Source of the DNA: Alphaproteobacteria bacterium
GTDB taxonomy: Bacteria > Pseudomonadota > Alphaproteobacteria > SP197
DNA: 64,000 nt
Assembly: GCA_965228895.1 (NCBI GenBank)
Contig: OZ245842.1
Span: 64,001-128,000, forward strand
Reading direction: 5' to 3'
Made by a program: the position numbers and the translations under genes. This document shows positions 39,659 through 49,540 of this stretch, piece by piece. A model generated the notes under the pieces. That model was not told where the DNA came from and made no database searches. It was given only the letters and a program-made list of their open reading frames with translations. Position 1 is the first letter of the stretch. Every line of letters starts with the position of its first letter.

Positions 39659-40461
39659 GTGATGCGTCAAGAACTCGCTTTCTGAAGAAGGAATCAGTTG
39701 GCAACATCGCCGCCTTGCTGCGCAGCTTTTTTGGTGCACCATATAGTGCCTCCAGGACTAGTCGGGGCTCATGGTCAACTCATGACAACTTCGGCTTACC
39801 CAACTTGACTAGCCCAGTGGGGTGGGGGGCGAAGGTAAATCTTTCATGCTGTATTCGATCCGTGCTTTGATTTGCGTCGGTGTCTGCCGGTCGAGTGAGC
39901 AATCCGGTGCTATGTGTTGCTGCGTCTGCGTAGGCATACTCTGATAGGCTTGGATGTCGACAGATATGTGAATGTTTGCTCGTTTGAACACTAGTTGTGA
40001 AGCCCTCAATGGAGGCACTCCAGAAAATCTGCTCGGCTCGATGAGCCTCATCTCTGGGCCAATGATTCTGACCTAGTGTGCCACCGGGACCAGAGGGCTA
40101 CCGACTGTTGCTCCGTATCGCGATCGTTTCAGCGATTGCCCCCTACTTCCTTGTACTCTTGAGCGTCGCCAAACTCATTAGCCATAACCATAACTCCTCT
40201 GAAGGACCGGAGGGCCGTGACGTTTAGAGTGACTTGTCCGAGTTACGCTAACGCCGTGCCTCCCCAAACGTGGCCGACTTTCAACAACCACCGCGTCTTC
40301 CGTGTGATCTCCCGACGGTATTCACTGTGGGTTCCGGTGGGCAACTTGTTGGTGTCGTCGAAACCCCAATTTGCCGACTAAACTCAATCGTAAATCTGTA
40401 GTGAGAGTTGACGAAAAGTTGTGTAAGGGTCAATCTACTCTCTCATTTGAGAGGGAACATA

Positions 40462-40650
40462 ATGGCCAAGCGCGTAAGGCGAGGCGGCCCACAAGGTGTT
40501 GTCCGACCGTATTCGACAATGCCGTCAACCGACGAACCGCTCGAGCAGATCGCACAAGCTCTGGATCACATTGCGGTATCGTTGTCTGCGATAGATAACA
40601 ATATTGAGCAACTGGTGATTCTATTAGAGATGCAAATCAAGAAACGCTGA
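40462..40650 (+). CDS. Small hypothetical coiled-coil protein (62 aa)
   Basis: GAGAGGGA RBS; heptad pattern LEQIAQALDHIAVSLSAIDNNIEQL. Confidence 0.55.
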   Translation: MAKRVRRGGPQGVVRPYSTMPSTDEPLEQIAQALDHIAVSLSAIDNNIEQLVILLEMQIKKR

Positions 40651-40814
40651 CTGCGATACATCCAGAAAACGCGGATGTGAATCCTGTGCACTCACCTGCC
40701 GCCGAGACTTCTTGTGCTTACTTGACGGAGGCATACCAAGAAGTGGAAGAGACGGTATGAGACTACTGATTGGTTCAGGATCGCTAGGAGATTTGGGCGC
40801 TAGAGGTTCCATTT

Positions 40815-42017
40815 ATGTCGCGTAATCCTCAAATTCTAACGGTATTTGTGGCGTCGCCGAGTGATGTTGGTGACGAAAGAGTAAAACTTGAGGAGGTCGT
40901 GTCCGAACTAAATGTTACGTGGAGCCGAGAGCTTGACGTGCTTCTCGAACTGATCGCCTGGGAAACCCACACATATCCCAGCATGGGCAAGGATGCCCAA
41001 GATGTAATCAATAAGCAAATACCGGACGATTTTGATTTGTTTATAGGAATTGTTTGGTCCCGATTTGGAACGCCAACAAGTCGTGCGGGATCTGGAACAG
41101 AGGAGGAGTTCAGGCGAGCAAAAGAACGCTACAATAAAGACAATGATAGTGTAGATATTATGATGTATTTCAAAGATGAGGCTCTTCCGCCTAGTCAGAT
41201 TGATATTTCTCAACTCGACAAGGTAAATTCATTCAGGAATGAACTCGGAGGCGAAGAAGGAGGCCTTTACTGGAATTTTAAAGATTTATCTGAGTTTGAG
41301 AAGTTAGTTCGAATGCATCTTGCGCGCCAGGTTCAGAAGATCAAGAATCGTATACCTAAACAAGAGTTATCTGATTCCACAACATCTGATTCAAGTGAAG
41401 AGAAATTTGAGTTGGATGGTGATGATGATGTTGGAATTCTCGATCTATTTGAGAATTTTGAAGATAATTTCGATCTTATTAATAAAATTATTGCAAGAAT
41501 TACTGATGCATCATTTGAATTGAGTGCTAGATTTACCGAGGTAACTGAGGAGATTGGAACTTATAGGCAACAGTCATCAGGTAATGTCGATCGAAAGGCA
41601 ACGCGCCGCCTAGTTTCTAAAATATCGAATGATATGGTTCAATATTCAACTAGGGTTAACGCCGAAGTTTCACTGTTTGGCGATGCGATGAACACGGGCA
41701 TGGATTCATTTGTCAAAGCAACAACAATGTACGCCAATCTTCCCGCTGATGATGTAGAAATTGGTCAGTTACATGAAACACTAGATTCCATGCAGAAACT
41801 ATTTTTGATGCTTCGGGACGCAGATTCTTCTGTTATTAGTTTTCGAGATATGATCAAAAGTTTCCCACCATTGACATCTGATCTCAATATTGCAAAACGA
41901 GAAGTAGTTTCTGCAATTGATGGTTTGTCTGATCAACTTAGAAATGGTCAAAATCTTTTGCGAGAAGCAGAATCTAGTCTCATTGCATGGATCTCTCAAA
42001 GAGAGGAAGAAAGTTAG
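40815..42017 (+). CDS. DUF4062 (TIR-like) domain protein with a long alpha-helical C-terminal domain
   Basis: VFVASPSDVGDER, DLFIGIVWSRFGTPT, SGTEEEF, IMMYF; AT-rich codon usage. Confidence 0.8.
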   Translation: MSRNPQILTVFVASPSDVGDERVKLEEVVSELNVTWSRELDVLLELIAWETHTYPSMGKDAQDVINKQIPDDFDLFIGIVWSRFGTPTSRAGSGTEEEFRRAKERYNKDNDSVDIMMYFKDEALPPSQIDISQLDKVNSFRNELGGEEGGLYWNFKDLSEFEKLVRMHLARQVQKIKNRIPKQELSDSTTSDSSEEKFELDGDDDVGILDLFENFEDNFDLINKIIARITDASFELSARFTEVTEEIGTYRQQSSGNVDRKATRRLVSKISNDMVQYSTRVNAEVSLFGDAMNTGMDSFVKATTMYANLPADDVEIGQLHETLDSMQKLFLMLRDADSSVISFRDMIKSFPPLTSDLNIAKREVVSAIDGLSDQLRNGQNLLREAESSLIAWISQREEES

Positions 42018-42287
42018 CGATTATCCGGCCTAGTCGTGCGTCGCATGCCTGCCTTGCCAGCTGCTAGATCACGCTGCAATTGCCGGAGAAACCCGGATTA
42101 TCTTGTATAGAGTCGACCTTCTCGATTACCGCTTTGTCCCTGGGGATCTTGCCGCACACTCGCGTTGGATCTCGCCAAGCACTTTGTTGCTAGCATCTAG
42201 AGATAGCTTCCCGCCCAGACCTGACACTGGGCCGGAGAACTCCAGTTAGTCAAATCGGATCGATTCCAAGAAACTAGCCGAACCTTA

Positions 42288-42671
42288 CTATCGCCGCGCG
42301 ATCGCGCGGATCTCCACCAGCGTCCCCTCGGTGATCAGTTCGGCGACGCCGATGGCGGTCCAGGCGGGGTAGGGCGGCTTGATCACCTCGTCCTTGACCG
42401 TCACGAACACGTCGAGGTGGCGGCGCAGGTCGACGTGGTAGGTGGTGATCTCGACGATGTCGTCGAAGCCGAGGCCGGCGGCGGCCAGGCAGTCGCCCAG
42501 GAAACCGAAGGTATCGCGGAACTGGGTCTCCGGGTCGTCTGAGACCGTGAGGTCGGGACGGGCGCCGGTGACGCCGGAGAAAAAGACGAAATCGCCGGTG
42601 TCGAACGCCGGCGCCAGGTGCCAGTCGTCGACCCAGTGGGCGATGGCGTCGGGGGCTAGGACTTTCTTCAT
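42288..42671 (-). CDS. RidA/YjgF/UK114 family protein (Arg-less, PAWT type)
   Basis: FFSGVTG, DIVEITTYH, YPAWTAIGV, LVEI. Confidence 0.88.
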   Translation of the reverse strand: MKKVLAPDAIAHWVDDWHLAPAFDTGDFVFFSGVTGARPDLTVSDDPETQFRDTFGFLGDCLAAAGLGFDDIVEITTYHVDLRRHLDVFVTVKDEVIKPPYPAWTAIGVAELITEGTLVEIRAIARR

Positions 42672-42769
42672 GGGGACACTCCGGTTCAGCGGCGGCGTCG
42701 AGATGAGGTTCGGGGATAGCGCGAGGCAACCCGTTTCTTGCGCCGACCGTGCGAGCGGCGAACGAAGGC

Positions 42770-43168
42770 CTAGGCGAAGATCCGGGCGAGCAGGTCGGTG
42801 TCGAGATAGGCGGTGATCTCGGTGATCCGGCCGTCGCGCATCACCATGGCGAAACAATAGACCTGCTCGTAGCGCAGGCCGGTCTTGGCGATGCCGGTGC
42901 TCTCATGGCGCAGGAACACCTTGTCGCCGTCGGCGGCGACATCGATGAAGCGGGTCTTGAGCGGCCCGTCGAGGCGATCGAGCAGCGGGCCGAAGGCCTC
43001 GTCGATCAACGCCTGTTTTGAGCGGAAGACGCCGGAGGCGGGCGTCGTGCCGATCACGGTCCAGACGACATCGTCGGCGATCAGCGCGAAGAAGGGGCCG
43101 CTGTCGCCCGCTTCCCAAGGCCGGAAGGCCTCGCGGACAAGCCGCTTGTTCTCGTCTGCCGTGGTCAT
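42770..43168 (-). CDS. NTF2/SnoaL-like protein
   Basis: ENKRLV, ADDVVWTVIG, YEQVYCF, DGRITEITAYLDT. Confidence 0.85.
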   Translation of the reverse strand: MTTADENKRLVREAFRPWEAGDSGPFFALIADDVVWTVIGTTPASGVFRSKQALIDEAFGPLLDRLDGPLKTRFIDVAADGDKVFLRHESTGIAKTGLRYEQVYCFAMVMRDGRITEITAYLDTDLLARIFA

Positions 43169-43189
43169 TGGCTTTTGATCCCTTCAGTC

Positions 43190-43360
43190 TCCCTCTCCCC
43201 CGCGAGGGAGAGGGCTGGGGTGAGGGGTCGCGCGTGTCAGCGCGCAAGATATCGCACAGTGTAACTCAATGCGCCGGACCCCCTCACCCAGCTCCGCCTA
43301 GTCCCGGACGCTGTTCGGGCCAAGTCTGCGCATCCCTCTCCCTCGCGGGGGAGAGGGGAC
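43190..43360. repeat. Inverted pair of CCCTCTCCC..GGGAGAGGG REP-like units (family C)
   Basis: Perfect 24-bp inverted repeat (43191-43214/43334-43357) plus inner GGGTGAGGGG/CCCCTCACCC arms; abuts the ubiD stop. Confidence 0.85.
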
Positions 43361-43361
43361 T

Positions 43362-44870
43362 TTAGCCCCAGATCGACTTGCCCGAACCGGGCAGGCCGAG
43401 GTCGGACCACATCGCATCGACCTTTTCGATCACCGCATCGTCCATGCGGATCTTGCGGCCCCATTCGCGGTGGGTTTCGCCCGGCATCTTGTTGGTGGCG
43501 TCGAGGCCCAGCTTGCCGCCGAGGCCGGACTCCGGGCTGGCGAAATCCAGATAGTCGATCGGCGTCGACTGGACGACGGTGATGTCGCGGGCCGGATCCA
43601 TGCGCGTCGAGATCGCCCACATGACGTCCTTCCAGTCGCGCGCGTCGATGTCGTCGTCGACGACGATGACGAACTTCGTATAGATGAACTGGCGAAGATA
43701 GGACCAGACCGCCATCATCACGCGCTTGGCGTGACCGGGATAGGCCTTCTTCATCGAGACCACGGCGATCCTGTAGCTGCAGCCTTCCGGCGGCAGCCAG
43801 AAATCGACGATCTCCGGGAACTGCTGCTGGATCAGCGGAATGAAGACCTCGTTGAGCGCCTCGCCCAGCACGCTCGGTTCGTCCGGCGGGCGCCCGGTGA
43901 AGGTCGAGAGATAGATCGGCTCCCGGCGCCGCGTGATCGCGGTAATGCGGAAGACCGGGAAGGGCTCGACGGCGTTGTAGTAGCCCGTGTGGTCGCCGTA
44001 AGGGCCTTCGTCCTGGTAATCGCTCAGCGAGACCTCGCCCTCGAGCACGATTTCTGCTTCAGCAGGGACCTTCAAGGGCACGGTCTTGCAGTCGACCAGC
44101 TCAACCTTCTTGCCGCGCAAGAGGCCGGCGAACTGGTATTCGCTGAGCGTATCCGGCACCGGCGTGACGGCGGCCAGGATGGTGCCGGGATCGGCGCCGA
44201 TGACGGCGGCGGCGGGCAGGGGCTCGGGCTTTTCCTCCTTCCAGCGCGCATGGTGCTGGGCGCCGCCCCGGTGTTTGAGCCAGCGCATCAAGGTGGTGTC
44301 GCGGCCCGTCACCTGCATGCGGTAGATGCCGAGGTTGTAGCCGTCCGTGCGCCCCTTGCCGGGCCCTTTGGTCACGACCAGGGGCCAGGTGATCAGCGGC
44401 GCGGGTTCGCCCGGCCAGCAGGTCTGGACGGGAAGCTGACCGACGTCGATCTCGTCGCCGGTCAGCACGACCTCCTGGCATGGCGCCGAGGAGACGGTCT
44501 TCGGTTTCATCGCCATGACGGTCTTCAGAAGCGGCATCAGCTCGAACGCTTCGCGCCAGCCGCCGGGCGGTTCGGGTTGGCGCAGGAAGGCCAGCGTCTC
44601 GCCGATCTCGCGCAACTGTTTGGGCTCGCGCTCCATACCCGCGGCAACCCGCTCGACCGTGCCGAACAGGTTGACCAGCACCGGCATGGATGAACGCGCG
44701 CCGTCGTCGCCGACCACGTTTTCGAACAGCACGGCGGGACCGCCCTCGGCCAGCAGCCGGGTCTGGATCTCCGTCATCTCCAGGTTGGGCGAGACCGGTG
44801 CGGTGACGCGCACCAGCTCGCCCCTGTCTTCAAGGCGTTGGATAAAGTCGCGCAGGGAAGCGTAAGGCAT
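43362..44870 (-). CDS. ubiD: UbiD family decarboxylase (3-polyprenyl-4-hydroxybenzoate decarboxylase)
   Basis: [48 protein letters not shown]. Confidence 0.95.
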   Translation of the reverse strand: MPYASLRDFIQRLEDRGELVRVTAPVSPNLEMTEIQTRLLAEGGPAVLFENVVGDDGARSSMPVLVNLFGTVERVAAGMEREPKQLREIGETLAFLRQPEPPGGWREAFELMPLLKTVMAMKPKTVSSAPCQEVVLTGDEIDVGQLPVQTCWPGEPAPLITWPLVVTKGPGKGRTDGYNLGIYRMQVTGRDTTLMRWLKHRGGAQHHARWKEEKPEPLPAAAVIGADPGTILAAVTPVPDTLSEYQFAGLLRGKKVELVDCKTVPLKVPAEAEIVLEGEVSLSDYQDEGPYGDHTGYYNAVEPFPVFRITAITRRREPIYLSTFTGRPPDEPSVLGEALNEVFIPLIQQQFPEIVDFWLPPEGCSYRIAVVSMKKAYPGHAKRVMMAVWSYLRQFIYTKFVIVVDDDIDARDWKDVMWAISTRMDPARDITVVQSTPIDYLDFASPESGLGGKLGLDATNKMPGETHREWGRKIRMDDAVIEKVDAMWSDLGLPGSGKSIWG

Positions 44871-44906
44871 GGCCCTTCGTGGGCCAGGCGCGCGCCTGGG
44901 TCAAGT

Positions 44907-46070
44907 TCAGGCTTTCTTGGCCTTCTTCGCCCGCTTGGCCCGCTTGGCCGGACGCGCGGCTTTCTTGGTGCCCGGCCGGCGGCGTGGTCTGCCGGGTGCC
45001 GGTTCCAGACGGTAACCGGTCTCGATCGCGGAGCGGTTCTTGATGTCTTCATCGGCCGTGCTCGCCAGGACCGCCTGCATATCGCGGCGCACGACCGGGT
45101 TGTTGCGGTAGTACTGATGGCCGGTGTCATCCTCCTGCCAGGCCGGCGCACCATTCCTTTCCCACATGATGGCGGGCGCCGCGTTGACGGCAGTGACCTT
45201 GGCCGGCATGTCAAACGAGCGGTCGGGTCCTGATCGGCCCAGGCGGTCGGGATTGCCCATCGCCGTGTCGCTTGCCTTCAGCGCCGCGTCTTGGGCGTTA
45301 TGGTAGACGGTGATGCGCCGGCAGCCGCCCAGGAGCGGCGCGATCTTGTGTGACTTCGAGAGGGTATCGTGGTCTTCGTCGGCGGCGGTCAGGATGACCT
45401 CGTTGAAGATCGGCGGAATGTTGTTGCCGACGAAGGTCTTCATGGCCTGGACCGCGCCGCGCAGCGCCCAGTTGCCCATGCTGTGGGCCATCAGATGCAC
45501 CGAACCGGTGCAGCGCGCGTCCCGTTTGATGGCGCGCAGGAAGTCGGTCGCCTTCATCATGGCGCGGCCAAGCGCGGCGCCTGACATCTGCGCGCGCCCG
45601 CTTTCGAGCTCATAGAGCTTGCGCGTCACACCCTCGCCCAGCGACGGCCAGGTGAAGGCGATTATGACCAGCGGGCGGTGTCTGATACCGCCCGGCGGAC
45701 CGGTCTCCAGCCACTGCTTCATCTGTGCCCCGCGTGCCATGGCGTCGCGGAAGGTGTAGTTGTAGCCGTGGATCATCAGCAGCGCGTCGGCGCCCTTCAG
45801 CATCTCGTCGCGGATCTGCGCGAAGACCTCATCGCTGCCGACCTTGGCCTTGCGCGCGTCGTCGACCTTCAGGTTCTCCGACGCGGTCGCCACCGTGACT
45901 CCTTCCGCGAGTTTTCCGACATCCGTCGCGTAGAGCTTGGTGCCCGGAACGATCGCGGTGCCGACACGGAACGACTCCACGTCGTCGATGAAGTCGTCCG
46001 TGAAGTCCGTCGGATTGGTCTTGTTGTTCGGGCGTCGGTTGGTCGCGAAATAGACTGTCGTGTCGGCCAT
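44907..46070 (-). CDS. DUF900 alpha/beta hydrolase with a Lys/Arg/Ala-rich C-terminal tail
   Basis: VYFATNR, IHGYN, FTWPS, AHSMG, AAD.D, D.AL..S, H.YY motifs. Confidence 0.85.
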   Translation of the reverse strand: MADTTVYFATNRRPNNKTNPTDFTDDFIDDVESFRVGTAIVPGTKLYATDVGKLAEGVTVATASENLKVDDARKAKVGSDEVFAQIRDEMLKGADALLMIHGYNYTFRDAMARGAQMKQWLETGPPGGIRHRPLVIIAFTWPSLGEGVTRKLYELESGRAQMSGAALGRAMMKATDFLRAIKRDARCTGSVHLMAHSMGNWALRGAVQAMKTFVGNNIPPIFNEVILTAADEDHDTLSKSHKIAPLLGGCRRITVYHNAQDAALKASDTAMGNPDRLGRSGPDRSFDMPAKVTAVNAAPAIMWERNGAPAWQEDDTGHQYYRNNPVVRRDMQAVLASTADEDIKNRSAIETGYRLEPAPGRPRRRPGTKKAARPAKRAKRAKKAKKA

Positions 46071-46282
46071 GGCAGGGACCCCTCCTTGCCGCAATGCTGC
46101 GAAATTGCGCCTGCCCGAACCCTAACATAGCCAGCGCGAGCGGGCGATGATCGGACGATCGGTCGGGGTGCCGGGCCGCCGGGACTTGACCTCGCGCGGT
46201 TTCCGGCCAAGAAAGGCTCGCCGGCCGCCACCGGAAACATAAGGTTCTCACCATGAGCGACCAGACATCACAAAGGGGTTTT

Positions 46283-47254
46283 ATGATGAGCGGCGAAGAC
46301 GTTTGGGGCGATCATGCGATCCGCGCGACGGACCTTAAGGCCCACCCGCAAGACATCACCTATGCCGGGGTGACGAGCTTTCTGCGCCGGCCTTATCGCA
46401 AGGATCTCGATGGCGTTGACGCGGTGGTCTATGGCGTGCCCTTTGATACGGCGACGACAAACCGGCCGGGCACACGCTTCGGCCCGCGCGGCCTGCGCGC
46501 GGCCTCGACCGGGCTTGCCTTCGAGAAGATCCCCTATGGGCTCGACTATCATCCGATCGACGAAATGGCGATTGCCGATCACGGCGACATGCCGCTCGAC
46601 TTCGCCAAGCCGGCCGAGGTGCCGGACGCCATCACGAAGTGCGCCAAGGCGGTGCTCGACGAAGACACCATGATGGTGGCGATGGGCGGCGATCACTTCA
46701 TCACCTATCCCTTGATCAAGGCGCATGCGGAAAAGCACGGCGCGCCGCTCTCGATCATCCACTTTGACGCCCACACGGATACCTGGGCCGACGAGCACGA
46801 CGACGGCATCAACCACGGCACCATGTTCTGGCATGCCACGCGCGAGGGCCTGATTGACCCTGCGACCTCGGTGCAGATCGGCATCCGTACCTGCAATTTG
46901 GACACGATGGATTTCAACATCCTGGACGCGCCCTGGGTGCACGAGAACGGCATCGAAAAGACGATCAGCGAAGCGCGCCGCATCGTCGGCGACAAGAAGT
47001 GTTATCTGACCTTCGACATCGATTGTTTGGATCCGAGCTACGCGCCGGGGACCGGCACGCCGGTGGTCGGCGGGCTGACCACCAACCAGGCCAACCAGAT
47101 CGTCATGGGGATGAAAGGCGTCAACATCGTCGGCGCCGACCTGGTCGAGGTCGCGCCGGTCTATGATGTCGGCGAGATCACCGCGCTGGCCGGTTCGACG
47201 CTGATCCTGCACTTCCTGGCACTCTTCGCGCGCGCGCCCTGGCGCACAGCCTAA
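46283..47254 (+). CDS. speB: Agmatinase (ureohydrolase family; alternative start 46253)
   Basis: RPGTRFGP, GGDHF, HFDAHTD, TFDIDCLDPSYAPGTGTP. Confidence 0.92.
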   Translation: MMSGEDVWGDHAIRATDLKAHPQDITYAGVTSFLRRPYRKDLDGVDAVVYGVPFDTATTNRPGTRFGPRGLRAASTGLAFEKIPYGLDYHPIDEMAIADHGDMPLDFAKPAEVPDAITKCAKAVLDEDTMMVAMGGDHFITYPLIKAHAEKHGAPLSIIHFDAHTDTWADEHDDGINHGTMFWHATREGLIDPATSVQIGIRTCNLDTMDFNILDAPWVHENGIEKTISEARRIVGDKKCYLTFDIDCLDPSYAPGTGTPVVGGLTTNQANQIVMGMKGVNIVGADLVEVAPVYDVGEITALAGSTLILHFLALFARAPWRTA

Positions 47255-47276
47255 CCGGCGGCATGCGGCGTCCGCG

Positions 47277-47939
47277 ATGACGGGGAGCGGAGAGCCCAAG
47301 TCGATCGTCTGTTTCGGCGATTCGATGACCTGGGGTTTTGACCCCCGAGGCGCCGAGGCCTTCCTGCGCTACGGTTTCGCCGAACGCTGGACCCGGCGCC
47401 TGCAGGCCGAACTCGGCGACGGCTTCCACGTCATCGAGGAGGGGTTGAACGGGCGCACCACGGTGTTTGACGATCCGGTCCTGGGCGGCATGAGCGGCCT
47501 GGCGGATCTGCCGAACGTGCTGCAGAGCCACATGCCGGTCGAACTTCTGGTGCTGTTGCTGGGCACGAACGACATCAAGTCCCGCTTCGGCCTGAACGGC
47601 TTTGAGATCGCGCGCTGCCTGGCGCGGCTGATCGACGTGGCGCTGAAATCAGGCTGCGGTCCCGACGCGGGGCCGCCGCAGGTTCTTGTGCTGGTGCCGC
47701 CGGTCCTCGGCCCCGTCGAGGAGACTTGGCTGGCGCCGATGTTCGCCAGCGAGAGAAACCGTGCGGTGCTCGAGGAATTGCGCGAGACCTATCCGGTCCT
47801 GGCCGCCGAGTTCGGCGTCGCCTGCTTCGACACCAACGAGGCGGTCAAACCCGGCGCAATCGACGGCGTACACCTCGACCCCGACATGCTGGAACCCTTC
47901 GCGAAGGCTGTCGCCAAAGAGGTCCGCGCCCTGCTTTAG
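47277..47939 (+). CDS. SGNH/GDSL hydrolase (arylesterase-like)
   Basis: FGDSMTWG, EEGLNGRTT, LGTND, DGVH. Confidence 0.92.
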   Translation: MTGSGEPKSIVCFGDSMTWGFDPRGAEAFLRYGFAERWTRRLQAELGDGFHVIEEGLNGRTTVFDDPVLGGMSGLADLPNVLQSHMPVELLVLLLGTNDIKSRFGLNGFEIARCLARLIDVALKSGCGPDAGPPQVLVLVPPVLGPVEETWLAPMFASERNRAVLEELRETYPVLAAEFGVACFDTNEAVKPGAIDGVHLDPDMLEPFAKAVAKEVRALL

Positions 47940-49534
47940 CGCACGTCCTCCAGGATCATCGCGGCGGCCTTCTCGCCGATCATGATGGCGGGCGCGTTGG
48001 TGTTGCCGGAGACGACCGTCGGCATGATCGAGGCATCGGCGACGCGCAGGCCCTGAAGGCCGCGCACCCGCAACCGTTCGTCGACGACGGCGCGCTTGTC
48101 CTGACCCATCGCGCAGGTGCTGGTCGGATGGTAGATCGTGCCGCCGGTCTCGCGGATGTACTGCAGAAGCGACGCGTCGTCGGTCATGTCCGGGCCCGGC
48201 AGGGTTTCGCGTTTGACGTGGCGGGCATAGGCATGTTGGCCGGCGATGTCGCGGCCCAGCTTGAGGCCCGCCACCATGGTCTGCTGATCGATCTCGGCGT
48301 CCAGGTAGTTCGGTTGGATGGCCGGGCGTGTCGTCGGATCGGCCGCCTTTGCGCGCACGTAACCCCGGCTCTCCGGGCGTAGCTGACAGACCGAAAGTGT
48401 GACGCCCGAATAGTCGTGCATGGTGCGTTCCTGCGGGTTGTCGGCGCTGTAGGCGATGAAGTGGAACTGCACGTCCGGCGTCGCGACCTCCGGCCTTGTC
48501 TTGGCGAAGAGACCGACCTGGCCGGCGCTCACCGTCAGCGGCCCCTTGCCGTTCAAGACATAGTCGAGACCGACAAGGCCGCGCCGGAAGAGCCCGCGCA
48601 CATCGTCGTTGAACGACATGCCGTCGCCGACCTCATGCACCAGCCGTGACTGGTAATGGTCCTGCAGGTTCTCGCCGACACCCGGCAGCTCATGCACCAC
48701 GTCGACACCGATGTCGCGCAGCAGCCCGCCCGGCCCGATGCCGGAGAGTTGCAAGAGCTGCGGTGAATTGATCGCACCGCCGGAGACCACGACCTCGGCC
48801 CTGGCGCGCGCTTCCTTCTCGATGCCGCCCTGCAAGTAACGCACACCGACGGCGCGGCCATCCTCGACGAGCACACGCGACCCCAGCGCGTCGGTTTCGA
48901 TCTTGAGGTTCGCACGCCCCCTTGCCGGTTTCAGGTAACCGGCGGCCGTGCTGCAACGACGGCGTCCGCGCGACGTCGTCTGAAAGTAGCCGACGCCCTC
49001 CTGCTCGGCGCCGTTGAAGTCGGGATTGTGCGGGAAACCAGCGGCGACCGCGGCGTCCAGAAACGCATCGCAGATCACCCGATGCGTCTTGATGTCGGAG
49101 ACCTGCAGCGGGCCGCCGCTGCCGTGGTGGTCGTCGGCGCCACGCTCCTGGTCTTCGGCCTTCATGAAGAACGGCAACACGTCGTCATGGGCCCAGCCGG
49201 TGTTGCCCAACTGGCGCCAGTGGTCGTAGTCCTCTTTCTGGCCGCGCAGGTAAAGCAGGCCGTTGATCGAGCTGGAACCACCAAGCACCCGACCGCGCGG
49301 CCAGACCATCTCGCGGTTCGCCGAACCGGGCACCGCCTCGGTCTCGTAACACCACGAGAACTTGGGGTCGTACATCATCCAGTAGTAACCGGCGGGAACA
49401 TGGATCTTGGGGCTCACGTCGCGTCCGCCGGCTTCCAGGAGCAGCACGCGGTAGGTCGGGTTCTCCGAAAGCCGTGCGGCGACGGCGCAGCCGGCCGAAC
49501 CGGCGCCGACAACAATAAAATCAAACTCGTCCAT
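47936..49534 (-). CDS. GMC family oxidoreductase (choline dehydrogenase-like)
   Basis: GAGSAG, RGRVLGGSSSING, GENLQDH, YHPTST, VSGNTNAP. Confidence 0.92.
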   Translation of the reverse strand: MDEFDFIVVGAGSAGCAVAARLSENPTYRVLLLEAGGRDVSPKIHVPAGYYWMMYDPKFSWCYETEAVPGSANREMVWPRGRVLGGSSSINGLLYLRGQKEDYDHWRQLGNTGWAHDDVLPFFMKAEDQERGADDHHGSGGPLQVSDIKTHRVICDAFLDAAVAAGFPHNPDFNGAEQEGVGYFQTTSRGRRRCSTAAGYLKPARGRANLKIETDALGSRVLVEDGRAVGVRYLQGGIEKEARARAEVVVSGGAINSPQLLQLSGIGPGGLLRDIGVDVVHELPGVGENLQDHYQSRLVHEVGDGMSFNDDVRGLFRRGLVGLDYVLNGKGPLTVSAGQVGLFAKTRPEVATPDVQFHFIAYSADNPQERTMHDYSGVTLSVCQLRPESRGYVRAKAADPTTRPAIQPNYLDAEIDQQTMVAGLKLGRDIAGQHAYARHVKRETLPGPDMTDDASLLQYIRETGGTIYHPTSTCAMGQDKRAVVDERLRVRGLQGLRVADASIMPTVVSGNTNAPAIMIGEKAAAMILEDVR

Positions 49535-49540
49535 GTTGCC

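Larger units (their letters stand above)
38997..42285. mobile_element. AT-rich horizontally acquired islet (no integrase) flanked by the 8-bp direct repeat CCGAACCT
   Basis: Sharp GC drop (e.g. 20/60 G+C at 41401-41460); CCGAACCT at 38997-39004 and 42278-42285. Confidence 0.65.

Noticed and set aside
38997-42285. Islet as a prophage, IS or retron
   Set aside because: No integrase, transposase, phage gene or reverse transcriptase present
46095-46282. Guanidine riboswitch upstream of speB
   Set aside because: No paired ACGR hairpins or ykkC consensus visible
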